A stretch of 46,433 nt of DNA, from positions 86,072-132,504 of the forward strand of contig JAGVAE010000003.1 of assembly GCA_020060565.1 (NCBI GenBank), read 5' to 3'. The translations under genes were made by a program, and so were the position numbers. This DNA is from Candidatus Woesebacteria bacterium. Its GTDB lineage: Bacteria > Patescibacteriota > Microgenomatia > UBA8517. The notes under the pieces are model-generated. The model was given only the letters and a program-made list of their open reading frames with translations, did not search any database and had not been told where the DNA came from. Below, in pieces: positions 1 to 9,308 of the stretch; within the stretch, counting starts at the first letter, position 1, and each line of letters starts with the position of its first letter.

Positions 1-713
1 AAATTGCGGATGTTATTACTGAAATAAAAAAAACTACAGCTAAAAAACAAAGAACTTTAGTTACCACCCTAACAAAAAAAACAGCAGAAGACCTCTCAGC
101 CTACTTAAATGAACAAGGGCTCAAAGTTCAATATCTTCATTCAGACGTTAAAACTCTAGAAAGAACTGATATTTTAGATGACTTGCGAGCAGGGAAGTAT
201 GATGTTTTAGTTGGAATAAATCTTCTAAGAGAAGGACTAGATCTCCCTGAGGTAAGCTTGGTAGCAATTTTGGATGCAGATAAGGAAGGGTTTCTCAGAT
301 CCGATGTGACCCTTATCCAGACGATGGGTAGGGCCGCCAGACACGTTGAGGGACGTGTAATCATGTATGCCGATAGAATCACTGGTTCTATGGAAAGAGC
401 ACTGGATGAGGTTAAACGTCGCCGCATATACCAGATAGCATATAACTTAAAGCATCATATAACCCCCACAAGCATAGATAAACCAAGAAGGGAACGTGTT
501 ATAGAGTTTGACTCAAAAGAAAAAGGCTCCTGGGTATTTACAGATAAAGAAAGAGTGTTTGAATCCCTTCCACATCTTGAAATTGATGCTATGACACCAA
601 TGGAGGTAAAAAGATTAGTTAAAAACCTTCAAACTGAAATGAGACTTGCAGCCCAAGACTTAAACTTTGAACTAGCAGCTGACATTAGGGACAAGATAAA
701 AGAAATTAGCTAA
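1..713 (+). CDS. uvrB: Excinuclease ABC subunit B (UvrB), C-terminal part; 5' end lies outside the window
   Basis: Frame 3 is open from the window edge ([10 protein letters not shown]...[14 protein letters not shown]). It carries the UvrB helicase C-terminal motifs ([61 protein letters not shown]) and a terminal UVR-type helix ([16 protein letters not shown]). The ORF track only shows the part from the internal Met at 183. Confidence 0.9.
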   Translation, partial: IADVITEIKKTTAKKQRTLVTTLTKKTAEDLSAYLNEQGLKVQYLHSDVKTLERTDILDDLRAGKYDVLVGINLLREGLDLPEVSLVAILDADKEGFLRSDVTLIQTMGRAARHVEGRVIMYADRITGSMERALDEVKRRRIYQIAYNLKHHITPTSIDKPRRERVIEFDSKEKGSWVFTDKERVFESLPHLEIDAMTPMEVKRLVKNLQTEMRLAAQDLNFELAADIRDKIKEIS

Positions 714-947
714 AACTAAATGTTAGTAAGCATATGGATATAGACAACAAAGCTTATCGTAAATTGAACTCGGCAATCTAAAAGGATTAAGTTCTAGATT
801 AGGAAATGACATTCCAAATTCAATAGATATTCTTTCGGCCAACGATTCAACCAAAAAGCCTTTATTTTGGCCTTGAGCAACTTTATCTTTGTCCAACTCA
901 AGAGTTTGCCAACCACTGGTGAAGCTTCTAACTACAAAAGTCCCATC

Positions 948-1283
948 TTATTTTTGCCCACTGAAGTTAATTTCGTCAATAACCCTAAAATTGTGCTTAG
1001 CAATTTCAGATATGACAAAGGATTTTTCACGATCCTTTGGAAACATATCCGCACCAGAAGGAATTATTATTTTGCCTTTATTCAAGTCTAAGCCGGGAAT
1101 AAGAACGCACAATAAAGATGGGTCTTCTTCAGCTCCCCCCTTCTTCTTAATGCTAACTAAAAAATTTGGTCTATCACCTACCTCAAAAAACCTTAGAATA
1201 CCAACCTTTTTAGCCTCATCCCAGGCAGCATGACGTGCATACTCCTTATTTATTTTACTGAATTTATAAAAATCTACAGACAT
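948..1283 (-). CDS. Hypothetical protein (111 aa), no recognised domain; the frame continues open for 74 more codons past its TAA
   Basis: The minus-strand ORF has a protein-like composition, whereas the antisense plus-strand ORFs 867..1091 and 889..1233 look low-complexity. It lies 50 nt downstream of the 403-aa ORF on the same strand. See the finding on the in-frame stop. Confidence 0.5.
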   Translation of the reverse strand: MSVDFYKFSKINKEYARHAAWDEAKKVGILRFFEVGDRPNFLVSIKKKGGAEEDPSLLCVLIPGLDLNKGKIIIPSGADMFPKDREKSFVISEIAKHNFRVIDEINFSGQK

Positions 1284-1333
1284 AGGCGAAATTTAATACC
1301 AAAACGTTATTTTGTCAACATGTGTACGTTTTT

Positions 1334-2545
1334 TTAAATTTCCTCACACAATAAATTCCCACGTGAGTCAATTGGAATAACATTTTTCTCATGCAACAGA
1401 TATCTACCAAGTTCTAATTTACTGTCACTACCTAGATCACTAACAAACATTTGAAGAATTGGCGTTTTAATATCGGGGAGGTATTTGTTTGAATGATGAA
1501 ATAGTCCTGTAACGATATTTGGATCTGCGATATAACAATCCCCAGAGATTTGTATATTGTACCCCTTGTTTTTCCGAATAGACTCGATATATTTTTCTCT
1601 CAGTTCTAGTAGTGGTCCTGCCAAGTTGTGCTTTGAAAATGAACTGCACAATAAGGTTTCTTTTGTAGTAGTGTTTATTGCATAACCAGAGATGTCAGAT
1701 CCTGCAGATATATTTATTACTGTAAAATCACCAGTTTCTTTGTTTCTTTTGTACCCAGCGTTTAAATTGACATTGTCAATAAATTCTTGACGTTGAGATC
1801 CATCCATGGTTTTTATCCTGTAAAAATCTTCATTAAAATTTTTTTCTTTTTCATTTGATGTAGATAAAGTAAGTGTTGCAATTTTTATTGGCAAACGATC
1901 ATCAAATTCTGATTTACGCCAAATAGATGGCAGCAAATTTATTCTCATAAATTCAATTACGGATTTTGAATTATTATCTAAAGAAGTCAAACAATCATCA
2001 TCGGGATAGTTTGCGTCATATACTTGAGACATTATTTCTACCTCTGTTTGAGATAATCTCCTTATCTCATTTAAAACATTGTCCTTGTGTTTTTCTTTGA
2101 GTTTAGACAATAATTCCTTGAGTGGCTTGGAATATGTTTTTGAAATAAAAACATTTTCTAAATTGTAGCCTGGGTGGATTTTTTCATCGTGATTATCAAC
2201 ATAAGGTATAACTAAAATTGGTATTTCACTACTATAATTCTTCCTTATTCTATTAACACTTTGCTTGATTTGATGAATTTTATCATCATAATCTTCCTCT
2301 TTTAGAATGAATAGGCACAATAAGCCTTTTTTGTAAGCATCGTCAATTAATATTCTCGATAAATCGTTCGGATTCTCATTCAGATAATTTGCCAGGATAA
2401 CATCAAATGAAAGATCACCACGCAAATAATTAGTAAACGCTCCTTGTTCGGTCATCTCATTTGCTGAATCGTCTTCTGTTCTGATCCAATCGAGATACGC
2501 GATACTTGGCTTAATTTCAATCATTTTGTTTTGCCGATTATACAA
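1334..2545 (-). CDS. Hypothetical protein (403 aa), orphan; no family recognised
   Basis: This is a long uninterrupted ORF transcribed divergently from uvrA. The N-terminal third has an alpha/beta-like pattern (GLLCLFILKEEDYDD...IPILVIPYVDNHDEK) but no P-loop. I could not place the C-terminal half in any family. Confidence 0.6.
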   Translation of the reverse strand: MYNRQNKMIEIKPSIAYLDWIRTEDDSANEMTEQGAFTNYLRGDLSFDVILANYLNENPNDLSRILIDDAYKKGLLCLFILKEEDYDDKIHQIKQSVNRIRKNYSSEIPILVIPYVDNHDEKIHPGYNLENVFISKTYSKPLKELLSKLKEKHKDNVLNEIRRLSQTEVEIMSQVYDANYPDDDCLTSLDNNSKSVIEFMRINLLPSIWRKSEFDDRLPIKIATLTLSTSNEKEKNFNEDFYRIKTMDGSQRQEFIDNVNLNAGYKRNKETGDFTVINISAGSDISGYAINTTTKETLLCSSFSKHNLAGPLLELREKYIESIRKNKGYNIQISGDCYIADPNIVTGLFHHSNKYLPDIKTPILQMFVSDLGSDSKLELGRYLLHEKNVIPIDSRGNLLCEEI

Positions 2546-2558
2546 TAACCAGCCTTAA

Positions 2559-2597
2559 TGCTATAATTTCCAATCCACCGGTTAAAACCGGCGGGAG
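2559..2597 (+). promoter_or_regulatory. Putative uvrA promoter (extended -10 TGCTATAAT), inverted repeat CCGGTT-AA-AACCGG and GGGAG Shine-Dalgarno
   Basis: TGCTATAAT lies at 2559-2567. The inverted repeat is at 2578-2591. GGGAG lies 6 nt upstream of the GTG start at 2604. Confidence 0.35.
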
Positions 2598-2603
2598 TTT
2601 TCT

Positions 2604-5486
2604 GTGGATAACGTAATAAAAATAAGAGGTGCCAGACAGCATAATTTAAAAAATGTTGATCTTGATATCCCCAAGAATAAACTTGTGGTACTCACTGGCG
2701 TATCAGGAAGTGGAAAAAGTTCTTTGGCATTTGACACACTATATGCAGAAGGCCAAAGAAGATATGTTGAATCACTTTCCTCATATGCCAGACAATTTTT
2801 AGGCATCATGGAAAAACCAGATGTGGATTCAATTGAAGGATTATCCCCAGCAATCTCAATTGACCAAAAAACAACTTCCCACAATCCCAGAAGTACAGTA
2901 GGAACTGTAACTGAAATATATGATTACTTAAGACTTCTTTTTGCTAGAATTGGACACCCACATTGTCCTACATGTGGACGAGAAATCTCCCATCAGACAC
3001 TTGATCAAATAGTTGGCCATTCTCTTTCCCTTATCGAAGAAACTGCTAAACAAAATAAAAAAGCTTGGTTTTTAGTCCTTTCCCCAATGGTACAAGATCG
3101 AAAAGGAGAATTCTCTCAACTATTTGAAAACCTTAAAGCTAAAGGCTACAGACAAGTAAGAATAGATGGATATATTCATGATCTAAGCGAAGATATAGTT
3201 CTAATTAAAACCAACAAACACACAATTGATGTAGTAATAGATAGAATTACTGGAACTTCCCCAGAACTAAAATCCCGTCTAGCAGATTCAATCCAGCAGG
3301 CTCTTAACCTATCTGAAGGAATAGTTGTCATGGCGCAGGTTTTAGATAAAGACTTCTCCATGCCCGTTAGCCCCAAGGAATTTAAAGATCATTTATTTTC
3401 AGAGCGTTTTTCATGCCCAGTTGATAATATAAGTTTGCCTGAAATAGAACCCAGATCATTTTCATTTAATTCCCCTCAAGGAGCTTGCCCAACATGTACG
3501 GGACTGGGAAAGATCTTAAAAGTAGAACCAGACCTTATCTTTTCTCCAGAGCTAACCATCAATGAAGGTGGAATTCTACCCTTTGCCAACATGCTTGAAC
3601 ACGACAGCTGGTATGGAAGAACGATAATAAAAGTCTGTGAGAATAATGATATTGACCCCAGAACCCCAATTAAAAACTTAACGGAGGCACAGAAAAAAAT
3701 ATTACTTTTTGGTACAGGATCAAGGGAATATAAAGTCGAAGGAACAAATAGGTTTGGAAAAGAAACCCTAATTTGGCAGAGATTTGAAGGAGTTGCTAAT
3801 AACTTAGAGCGTAGATACCAAGAAACTGAAAGTGATTGGGCAAGAGAAGAAATAAAAAAATACATGAGGGAAAAAATTTGCCCAGAATGTCTTGGCCTTA
3901 GACTTAAAAAGGAAGCTCTCTCCATAACAATTGATGGCAAATCCATAGCAGACGTCACAAGCTATTCAATTGCACAAACTCTTGAGTGGGTAACATCGTT
4001 AACCAAAATAAGTGCAGTTAACTCCAGAGAAACAGAAATTAGTAAGTTAATCATAAAAGAAACCCAAGGCAGGCTAAAATTCCTTTTAAATGTTGGTCTT
4101 GAATATTTAACCCTTAATAGAGTTGCAGGGTCTCTTTCGGGTGGGGAAGCTCAGCGTATTAGGTTAGCTAGTCAAATTGGATCAGGTTTAACTGGTGTTT
4201 TGTATGTATTAGATGAACCTACAATTGGACTCCACCCCAGAGATGACCAAAAACTTATTGACACTCTTAAAAAATTAAGAGATCTGGATAACTCAGTAGT
4301 TGTTGTCGAACATGATGCTGCCATGATGCAAGCAAGTGATTACATAGTAGATTTTGGACCAGGTGCAGGAAAACATGGTGGGGAAGTCATTGCAGTTGGA
4401 TCTCCGAAAGAAATTCAAAAGAATCCAAAGTCCATTACAGGTCAGTACCTATCCGGCAAGAGGAAAATAGAAATTAGTCATAAGCCATTAGCTATTAGTA
4501 CTAATTATTTAAAAATTATTAGTGCAAACCAGTTTAATCTTAAAAATATCGATGTTGAATTACCATTAGGTAAACTTGTTTCTATTACTGGGGTTTCCGG
4601 CAGTGGAAAATCTACTCTTTTAGTCGAAACTCTCTTCCCAGCACTCCAAAAAGAACTAAATCCAATGTATAGAGGCGAGTCTGGAGGCTACAAGGCAATT
4701 GAAGGGTTAGAAAACATCGACAAGGCAATTCTAATTGACCAATCACCAATTGGCAGAACTCCCAGAAGTAACCCATCAACGTATACAGGAATGTTTGATC
4801 CAATCCGTGATGTATTTTCTGCTACTCGGGACGCAAAAACCGCAGGATTTAAAAAGGGCAGATTTTCATTCAACGTCCGAGGAGGAAGATGTGAAGCCTG
4901 TGAAGGGCAGGGACAGATAAAAATTGAAATGCAATTTATGAGTGATATTTGGGTAACCTGTGATGTTTGTCATGGCAAACGCTATAACGCTCAAACCCTA
5001 GAGATAACTTATAGAGGAAAGAATATCGCGGAAGTACTGGATATGACAATAGATGAAGCAAAAGATTTCTTTCATGCCCACCCCCAAATACTTACAAAAT
5101 TAGAAACATTAGGTTTAGTTGGCCTTGGATATATGCAGTTGGGGCAACCTGCAACAACTCTTTCGGGAGGAGAAGCACAAAGAGTAAAACTGGCAACAGA
5201 GCTATCTAGAAAATCAACAGGCCACACAGTTTACATATTAGATGAACCCACAACGGGTCTACATTTTGCAGATGTGGAAAGACTCTTGAAAGTCCTTAGG
5301 CTTTTAGTTCAAAAGGGTAATTCTGTATTTATCATAGAACACAATTTAGATGTCATTAAAAACTCAGACTACATAATTGACTTGGGTCCTGAAGGGGGAG
5401 ACGGTGGAGGGAAAATTGTTGCCAAAGGAACAGTGTCTGATATTAAAAGGGTAAAGTCTTCATATACAGGTCAATACCTGGCTTGA
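2604..5486 (+). CDS. uvrA: Excinuclease ABC subunit A (UvrA)
   Basis: The 960-aa product starts at GTG. It has two ABC ATPase modules (GVSGSGKSSLAFDTLYAEGQRRYVESLS, LSGGEAQRIRLA, YVLDEPTIGLH; then GVSGSGKSTL, LSGGEAQRVKLA, YILDEPTTGLH). It also has Zn-finger Cys pairs (CPTCG, CPECLG, CEACEGQG, CDVCHG). Confidence 0.97.
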   Translation: MDNVIKIRGARQHNLKNVDLDIPKNKLVVLTGVSGSGKSSLAFDTLYAEGQRRYVESLSSYARQFLGIMEKPDVDSIEGLSPAISIDQKTTSHNPRSTVGTVTEIYDYLRLLFARIGHPHCPTCGREISHQTLDQIVGHSLSLIEETAKQNKKAWFLVLSPMVQDRKGEFSQLFENLKAKGYRQVRIDGYIHDLSEDIVLIKTNKHTIDVVIDRITGTSPELKSRLADSIQQALNLSEGIVVMAQVLDKDFSMPVSPKEFKDHLFSERFSCPVDNISLPEIEPRSFSFNSPQGACPTCTGLGKILKVEPDLIFSPELTINEGGILPFANMLEHDSWYGRTIIKVCENNDIDPRTPIKNLTEAQKKILLFGTGSREYKVEGTNRFGKETLIWQRFEGVANNLERRYQETESDWAREEIKKYMREKICPECLGLRLKKEALSITIDGKSIADVTSYSIAQTLEWVTSLTKISAVNSRETEISKLIIKETQGRLKFLLNVGLEYLTLNRVAGSLSGGEAQRIRLASQIGSGLTGVLYVLDEPTIGLHPRDDQKLIDTLKKLRDLDNSVVVVEHDAAMMQASDYIVDFGPGAGKHGGEVIAVGSPKEIQKNPKSITGQYLSGKRKIEISHKPLAISTNYLKIISANQFNLKNIDVELPLGKLVSITGVSGSGKSTLLVETLFPALQKELNPMYRGESGGYKAIEGLENIDKAILIDQSPIGRTPRSNPSTYTGMFDPIRDVFSATRDAKTAGFKKGRFSFNVRGGRCEACEGQGQIKIEMQFMSDIWVTCDVCHGKRYNAQTLEITYRGKNIAEVLDMTIDEAKDFFHAHPQILTKLETLGLVGLGYMQLGQPATTLSGGEAQRVKLATELSRKSTGHTVYILDEPTTGLHFADVERLLKVLRLLVQKGNSVFIIEHNLDVIKNSDYIIDLGPEGGDGGGKIVAKGTVSDIKRVKSSYTGQYLA

Positions 5487-5492
5487 TATACT

Positions 5493-7370
5493 ATGTCAAT
5501 GAAACTTAGGATCTCCCTTTTAATTTTTACACTTTTAACTTTTATTTTTTATCTTTTTCCTCCTACTACACGGGCTGATGAAGCTTTTGCGGTTGATGCT
5601 AACGTCACTTACAAGGTTGAGGATAATGGCAAAACTATTGTTACTCATGACATAACACTTGAGAATTTATTTTCCACCCTCTACGCCACAACCTACACTC
5701 TTTCCCTTGAAAATATTGGGGCCCAAAACATATCATCTGCAAACGACACTGGTGAGATAGTTCAAGTAGAAACAACTCAAGATGGTTCAAGACTAAATCT
5801 AAAATTACTATTTAAAGACAATGTTGTTGGCCGCGGTTCAAAACGCCATTTTAAAATCTCATACGAAAACAGTGGTTTTGCAACCAAGACAGGTGAAGTT
5901 TGGGAGATTTCTATTCCAAGGCTTTCTGAAGATTCATCATATAGGAACTACCAGGTAACCCTTCTTGTTCCCAATTCTTTTGGACAAGAAGCTTACATTT
6001 CCCCACAGCCACTACTATCGAATAATATTGAGGGTTTTAAAAGCTACACCTTCTCAAAAGAAAATATAAATACAACAGGTGTAACTGCAGGATTTGGAGA
6101 ATTTCAGGTCTTTTCATTTAGTCTTGCATATCATTTAGAAAATCCACTAGCTATTAATTCCCAAACAGAAATTGCCTTGCCTCCCGATACAGCATTTCAA
6201 AAAGTATATTTCAGTAAACTTGAGCCCAAACCATCTGAGGTTAAAATAGATGGTGATGGCAATTGGCTAGCCATTTATAAACTAACTCCACGCCAGAGAA
6301 TAGATGTAGATGTAGTAGGATCGGTTCAGATATTCGCCAGCTATCGTCATTTTCCAAGACCATCTCAGGAGATAATAGACAGAAATTTAAAGGCGACTAC
6401 TTATTGGCAATCAGATTCTGAAAAAATTAAACTATTAGCAGCTAGTCTCAAAACCCCGCAAGCTATATATGATTTTGTCTCAACAAACCTAAAATATGAT
6501 ACTTTTAGAGTAAAGCCAAATATTCAAAGAATTGGAGCCATTGCAGCTCTTGAAAACCCCACCCAAGCTATTTGTATGGAGTTTACCGATCTATTCATTG
6601 CTATTGCACGAGCAGCAGGAATTCCAGCCCGAGAAATTAATGGCTATGCCTATACTGAAAATAAAGAACTTCAACCACTTTCATTGGTAAATGATGTTCT
6701 TCATGCCTGGCCCGAATATTATGACAAAGACAAGGGGACCTGGATACCAATTGATCCCACCTGGGGGTCAACAAGTGGAGTAGATTTTTTTAATAAATTA
6801 GATTTAAGACATTTTACTTTTGTAATACACGGGATACACGATAAAGAACCCTATCCTCCTGGGTCATACAAATTAGGTTCCAATCCACAAAAAGACGTCT
6901 ATGTTTCTTTTGGGCAGCTCCCCGAAGAAAGAAATAGTACACCTGAAATCAAAGTATCAATTATTCGTAACATTCCTTTTATGGATACCATATATGATAT
7001 TAAGGTCGAAAATCCAGGCCCAGCATCTCTGGATAACCTATATCCAACAGTTTATTTTGATGGCAAAGAACATATGCGAGAATTTGTTCAGCTCCTGCCT
7101 CCATTTGCTATCCACCACTTTCAGGTAAAGGTTCCTTTTAGTATTCTAGGAAAAAATACCCCAGACAGCATAAAAATAACTGCAGATAGGGCCGAGGCAG
7201 ATCTTTCTACCAATAAAGTTCAGGTCGTCACCAATAGTTTACTTGTACTTTCAGCCCTTCTTATCATTGTAGTCATCATCGTTCTTGTAAAACTTAAAAA
7301 GTTAAAATTAACCAAAATTATGGGTATAATAGCGTCTACGTATGCAAAAATTATCAGAAAACCTTCCTGA
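5493..7370 (+). CDS. Membrane-anchored transglutaminase-like domain protein
   Basis: It has an N-terminal signal/TM segment (LLIFTLLTFIFYLF) and a C-terminal TM segment (LLVLSALLIIVVIIVLV). The transglutaminase core is present: Cys in AICMEFTDLFIAIARAAGIPAREINGYAY, then HAWPEYY and WIPIDPTW (the Cys-His-Asp arrangement). Confidence 0.8.
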   Translation: MSMKLRISLLIFTLLTFIFYLFPPTTRADEAFAVDANVTYKVEDNGKTIVTHDITLENLFSTLYATTYTLSLENIGAQNISSANDTGEIVQVETTQDGSRLNLKLLFKDNVVGRGSKRHFKISYENSGFATKTGEVWEISIPRLSEDSSYRNYQVTLLVPNSFGQEAYISPQPLLSNNIEGFKSYTFSKENINTTGVTAGFGEFQVFSFSLAYHLENPLAINSQTEIALPPDTAFQKVYFSKLEPKPSEVKIDGDGNWLAIYKLTPRQRIDVDVVGSVQIFASYRHFPRPSQEIIDRNLKATTYWQSDSEKIKLLAASLKTPQAIYDFVSTNLKYDTFRVKPNIQRIGAIAALENPTQAICMEFTDLFIAIARAAGIPAREINGYAYTENKELQPLSLVNDVLHAWPEYYDKDKGTWIPIDPTWGSTSGVDFFNKLDLRHFTFVIHGIHDKEPYPPGSYKLGSNPQKDVYVSFGQLPEERNSTPEIKVSIIRNIPFMDTIYDIKVENPGPASLDNLYPTVYFDGKEHMREFVQLLPPFAIHHFQVKVPFSILGKNTPDSIKITADRAEADLSTNKVQVVTNSLLVLSALLIIVVIIVLVKLKKLKLTKIMGIIASTYAKIIRKPS

Positions 7371-8598
7371 GACCGCTGGAGTTTATTTTTTCTACAAAAA
7401 TTCAAAAGTTATATATATAGGCAAGGCAATCAATCTTAAGCGTAGAGTTTCTTCATATTTTGATTTGGATCTAGAGAGTAAAACCGCCAGAATGATTAAG
7501 GAGGCCACACGCCTTAGTTTTATTAAAGTTGATTCAGAACTTGAAGCCTTACTTTTGGAGGCGAAACTCATAAGGTCCTATATGCCTCACTACAATGTTA
7601 TTTCAAAAGATGATAAACACCCACTTTATATAACAATAACAAAAGATAAATTTCCAAGGATAATAACAACCAGGAAGGATGGGACTTACGGTCCTTTTCC
7701 TTCATCAAGAACTGTTTACGCGGTATTACGAATGCTGCGAAAGATTTTTCCTTTTTCAGATCATAAAATTGGGAGAAGACCTTGTCTTTATTCTCATATA
7801 GGGCTTTGCAACCCCTGTCCCAATGAAATATCCAATAACCAAGATCCAATAATTAAGCAATATCAAATCAAAAAATATAAATCTAATATCAAAAACCTTA
7901 AATTAATCTTAGATGGCAAAATAGATAAAGTAACCAAAGAACTTGAGAAAGAAATGAACAGTTTTTCAAAAATAGAAAACTTTGAAAATGCAGCTCTTGT
8001 ACGCAATCAACTAACCAATCTTAAATACATTACAAGACCACAAATGCCTACTGAATTTTATATACAAAACCCCAACCTATATGAAGATCAAAGAAAATTA
8101 GAAATTAAAGAATTAGAAAAATTGATTAAAAATTATAAATTAAAAATTAATAATTTAGTTCGTATTGAGTGTTTTGACATTGCCCATCTTGCAGGTACAT
8201 ATGCCACAGCCTCAATGATAACTTTTGTTGGTGGTGAAGCTGACAAAAATTACTACAGACATTTTAAAATTAAAAAAGCAAAAAGGGGAGACGATTACGA
8301 TTCAATGAGGGAAGTAGCCAAAAGACGAGCTCTTCATTTTAACGATTGGGGGATTCCAGATCTCATAATAGTAGATGGGGGAGTTGGACAAGTTTCTGCA
8401 TTTAAAGACAAAATAGGAGGAATACTTGTTGTTGGAATTGTTAAAAACCCTGATAAGTTAATTGTTAACGACAAAAAAATAAAACTGGAAGGACCTGTAC
8501 TTAACTTAGTTTCTCGAATGCGCGACGAAGCCCACAGATTTGCCAGACGTTATCATCATAAACTAATAAGTAAAGAGATAACTAATTACTCCAAATAG
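7342..8598 (+). CDS. uvrC: Excinuclease ABC subunit C (UvrC), short form lacking the C-terminal (HhH)2 domain
   Basis: It has the GIY-YIG N-terminus (LPETAGVYFFYKNSKVIYIGKAINLKRRVSSY), a UVR helix (FENAALVRNQLTNLKY) and the RNase-H-like endonuclease domain (IECFDIAHLAGT..., IIVDGGVGQV, RDEAHRFA). The protein ends right after that domain at 418 aa. The start overlaps the upstream gene by 29 nt. Confidence 0.85.
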   Translation: MQKLSENLPETAGVYFFYKNSKVIYIGKAINLKRRVSSYFDLDLESKTARMIKEATRLSFIKVDSELEALLLEAKLIRSYMPHYNVISKDDKHPLYITITKDKFPRIITTRKDGTYGPFPSSRTVYAVLRMLRKIFPFSDHKIGRRPCLYSHIGLCNPCPNEISNNQDPIIKQYQIKKYKSNIKNLKLILDGKIDKVTKELEKEMNSFSKIENFENAALVRNQLTNLKYITRPQMPTEFYIQNPNLYEDQRKLEIKELEKLIKNYKLKINNLVRIECFDIAHLAGTYATASMITFVGGEADKNYYRHFKIKKAKRGDDYDSMREVAKRRALHFNDWGIPDLIIVDGGVGQVSAFKDKIGGILVVGIVKNPDKLIVNDKKIKLEGPVLNLVSRMRDEAHRFARRYHHKLISKEITNYSK

Positions 8599-8614
8599 AT
8601 ATAATTTTATATCT

Positions 8615-9241
8615 TTATACACCAACGTATATATGTAAGAAAACAGAAATGGAGCTTGCAATATCTGTGAAATAAATAGTATTCGTTTTGTCATCAAGCT
8701 TAAAATTCATATCGTTAAGATTAAATCTCCAAGTAAGTTTACGTCCAGATTCAGAGACTTGCTTTTTGTAATACCTTGTAAACATATCTTCAATGGGAAT
8801 CAATAAATCGGGGGTGTCAGGATGTTTTCTTCTATACTCAGCAAAGTTTGGATATTCAATATAGTGTGATACAGCCATTATGCACCGATTACCAAATCTA
8901 TTTTTATAAATTTTATCAATTGGAATAAAAACGAGATTGTAATCTTGCCCCACTATCCTTTTTTTTCCTGACAAATCTCGCGAAACTCTATCAATCTCAC
9001 TTTTGTAAATATTGATATTTCTACTACTTAAATATGGATATATTTTGATTACATTCATTCCATATTCAGATTTATAGACTACCGAATCTACCCCACTACC
9101 CAAAAGAAACTCTCTATGTTGGCGTGCAAATTGACAAGAGGGTCTTTGCAATTTAAAGTCATCGTTAAAATCTATGCCATAGAATTCTTTAAAATTGCAG
9201 TTTGTGCAATATTTACTTGGATCTAGATTTAACCTTTCCAT
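8615..9241 (-). CDS. Hypothetical protein; weak protein-kinase-like features
   Basis: The 208-aa ORF has LLGSGVDSVVYK...VIKIY, which resembles a Gly-loop plus VxK lysine, and NFKLDDKTNTIYFTDI, which resembles a catalytic-loop/DFG-like region. The functional call is speculative. Confidence 0.45.
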   Translation of the reverse strand: MERLNLDPSKYCTNCNFKEFYGIDFNDDFKLQRPSCQFARQHREFLLGSGVDSVVYKSEYGMNVIKIYPYLSSRNINIYKSEIDRVSRDLSGKKRIVGQDYNLVFIPIDKIYKNRFGNRCIMAVSHYIEYPNFAEYRRKHPDTPDLLIPIEDMFTRYYKKQVSESGRKLTWRFNLNDMNFKLDDKTNTIYFTDIASSISVFLHIYVGV

Positions 9242-9308
9242 ATTATTTCGTATTTTCGGCTATTTTACCACTTCTAGGGATTTATGCTACACTAAATGTT
9301 AGATATCT

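Noticed and set aside
948-950. Alternative genetic code as an explanation for the in-frame TAA
   Set aside because: TAA, TAG and TGA all terminate well-defined conserved genes in this window: TAA at the kinase and U32 genes, TGA at the DAHPS, HNH and uppP genes, and TAG at the GIY-YIG gene. The code is therefore standard.
867-1233. Plus-strand ORFs 867..1091 and 889..1233 as alternatives to the minus-strand gene 948..1283
   Set aside because: Their translations are low-complexity (Leu/Ser/Pro/Phe-rich). They start within the uvrB-convergent spacer with no promoter or Shine-Dalgarno. The minus-strand frame is longer once the read-through segment is included, and it looks protein-like.
2578-2591. 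Shared 9-mer GGTTAAAAC upstream of uvrA (2580-2588) and, on the minus strand, 8 nt upstream of the small ORF that heads the dinB operon (35413-35421), considered as a possible SOS/LexA-like operator
   Set aside because: There are only two occurrences of an A/T-rich 9-mer. Only the uvrA copy is part of an inverted repeat. It does not resemble known LexA boxes, and no lexA is in the window. Chance cannot be excluded without genome-wide counts.
2582-5486. Numerous 60-160-aa ORFs inside or antisense to large conserved genes. Examples: 2582..2884, 3176..3376, 3476..3958, 4612..4920, 6901..7128, 7598..7849, 10542..10775, 13914..14228, 16925..17280, 18374..19598, 42527..44302, 44613..46280
   Set aside because: They lie inside, or antisense to, genes with unambiguous conserved products. 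They have Ser/Leu/Pro-rich antisense-type composition and no start-site signals.
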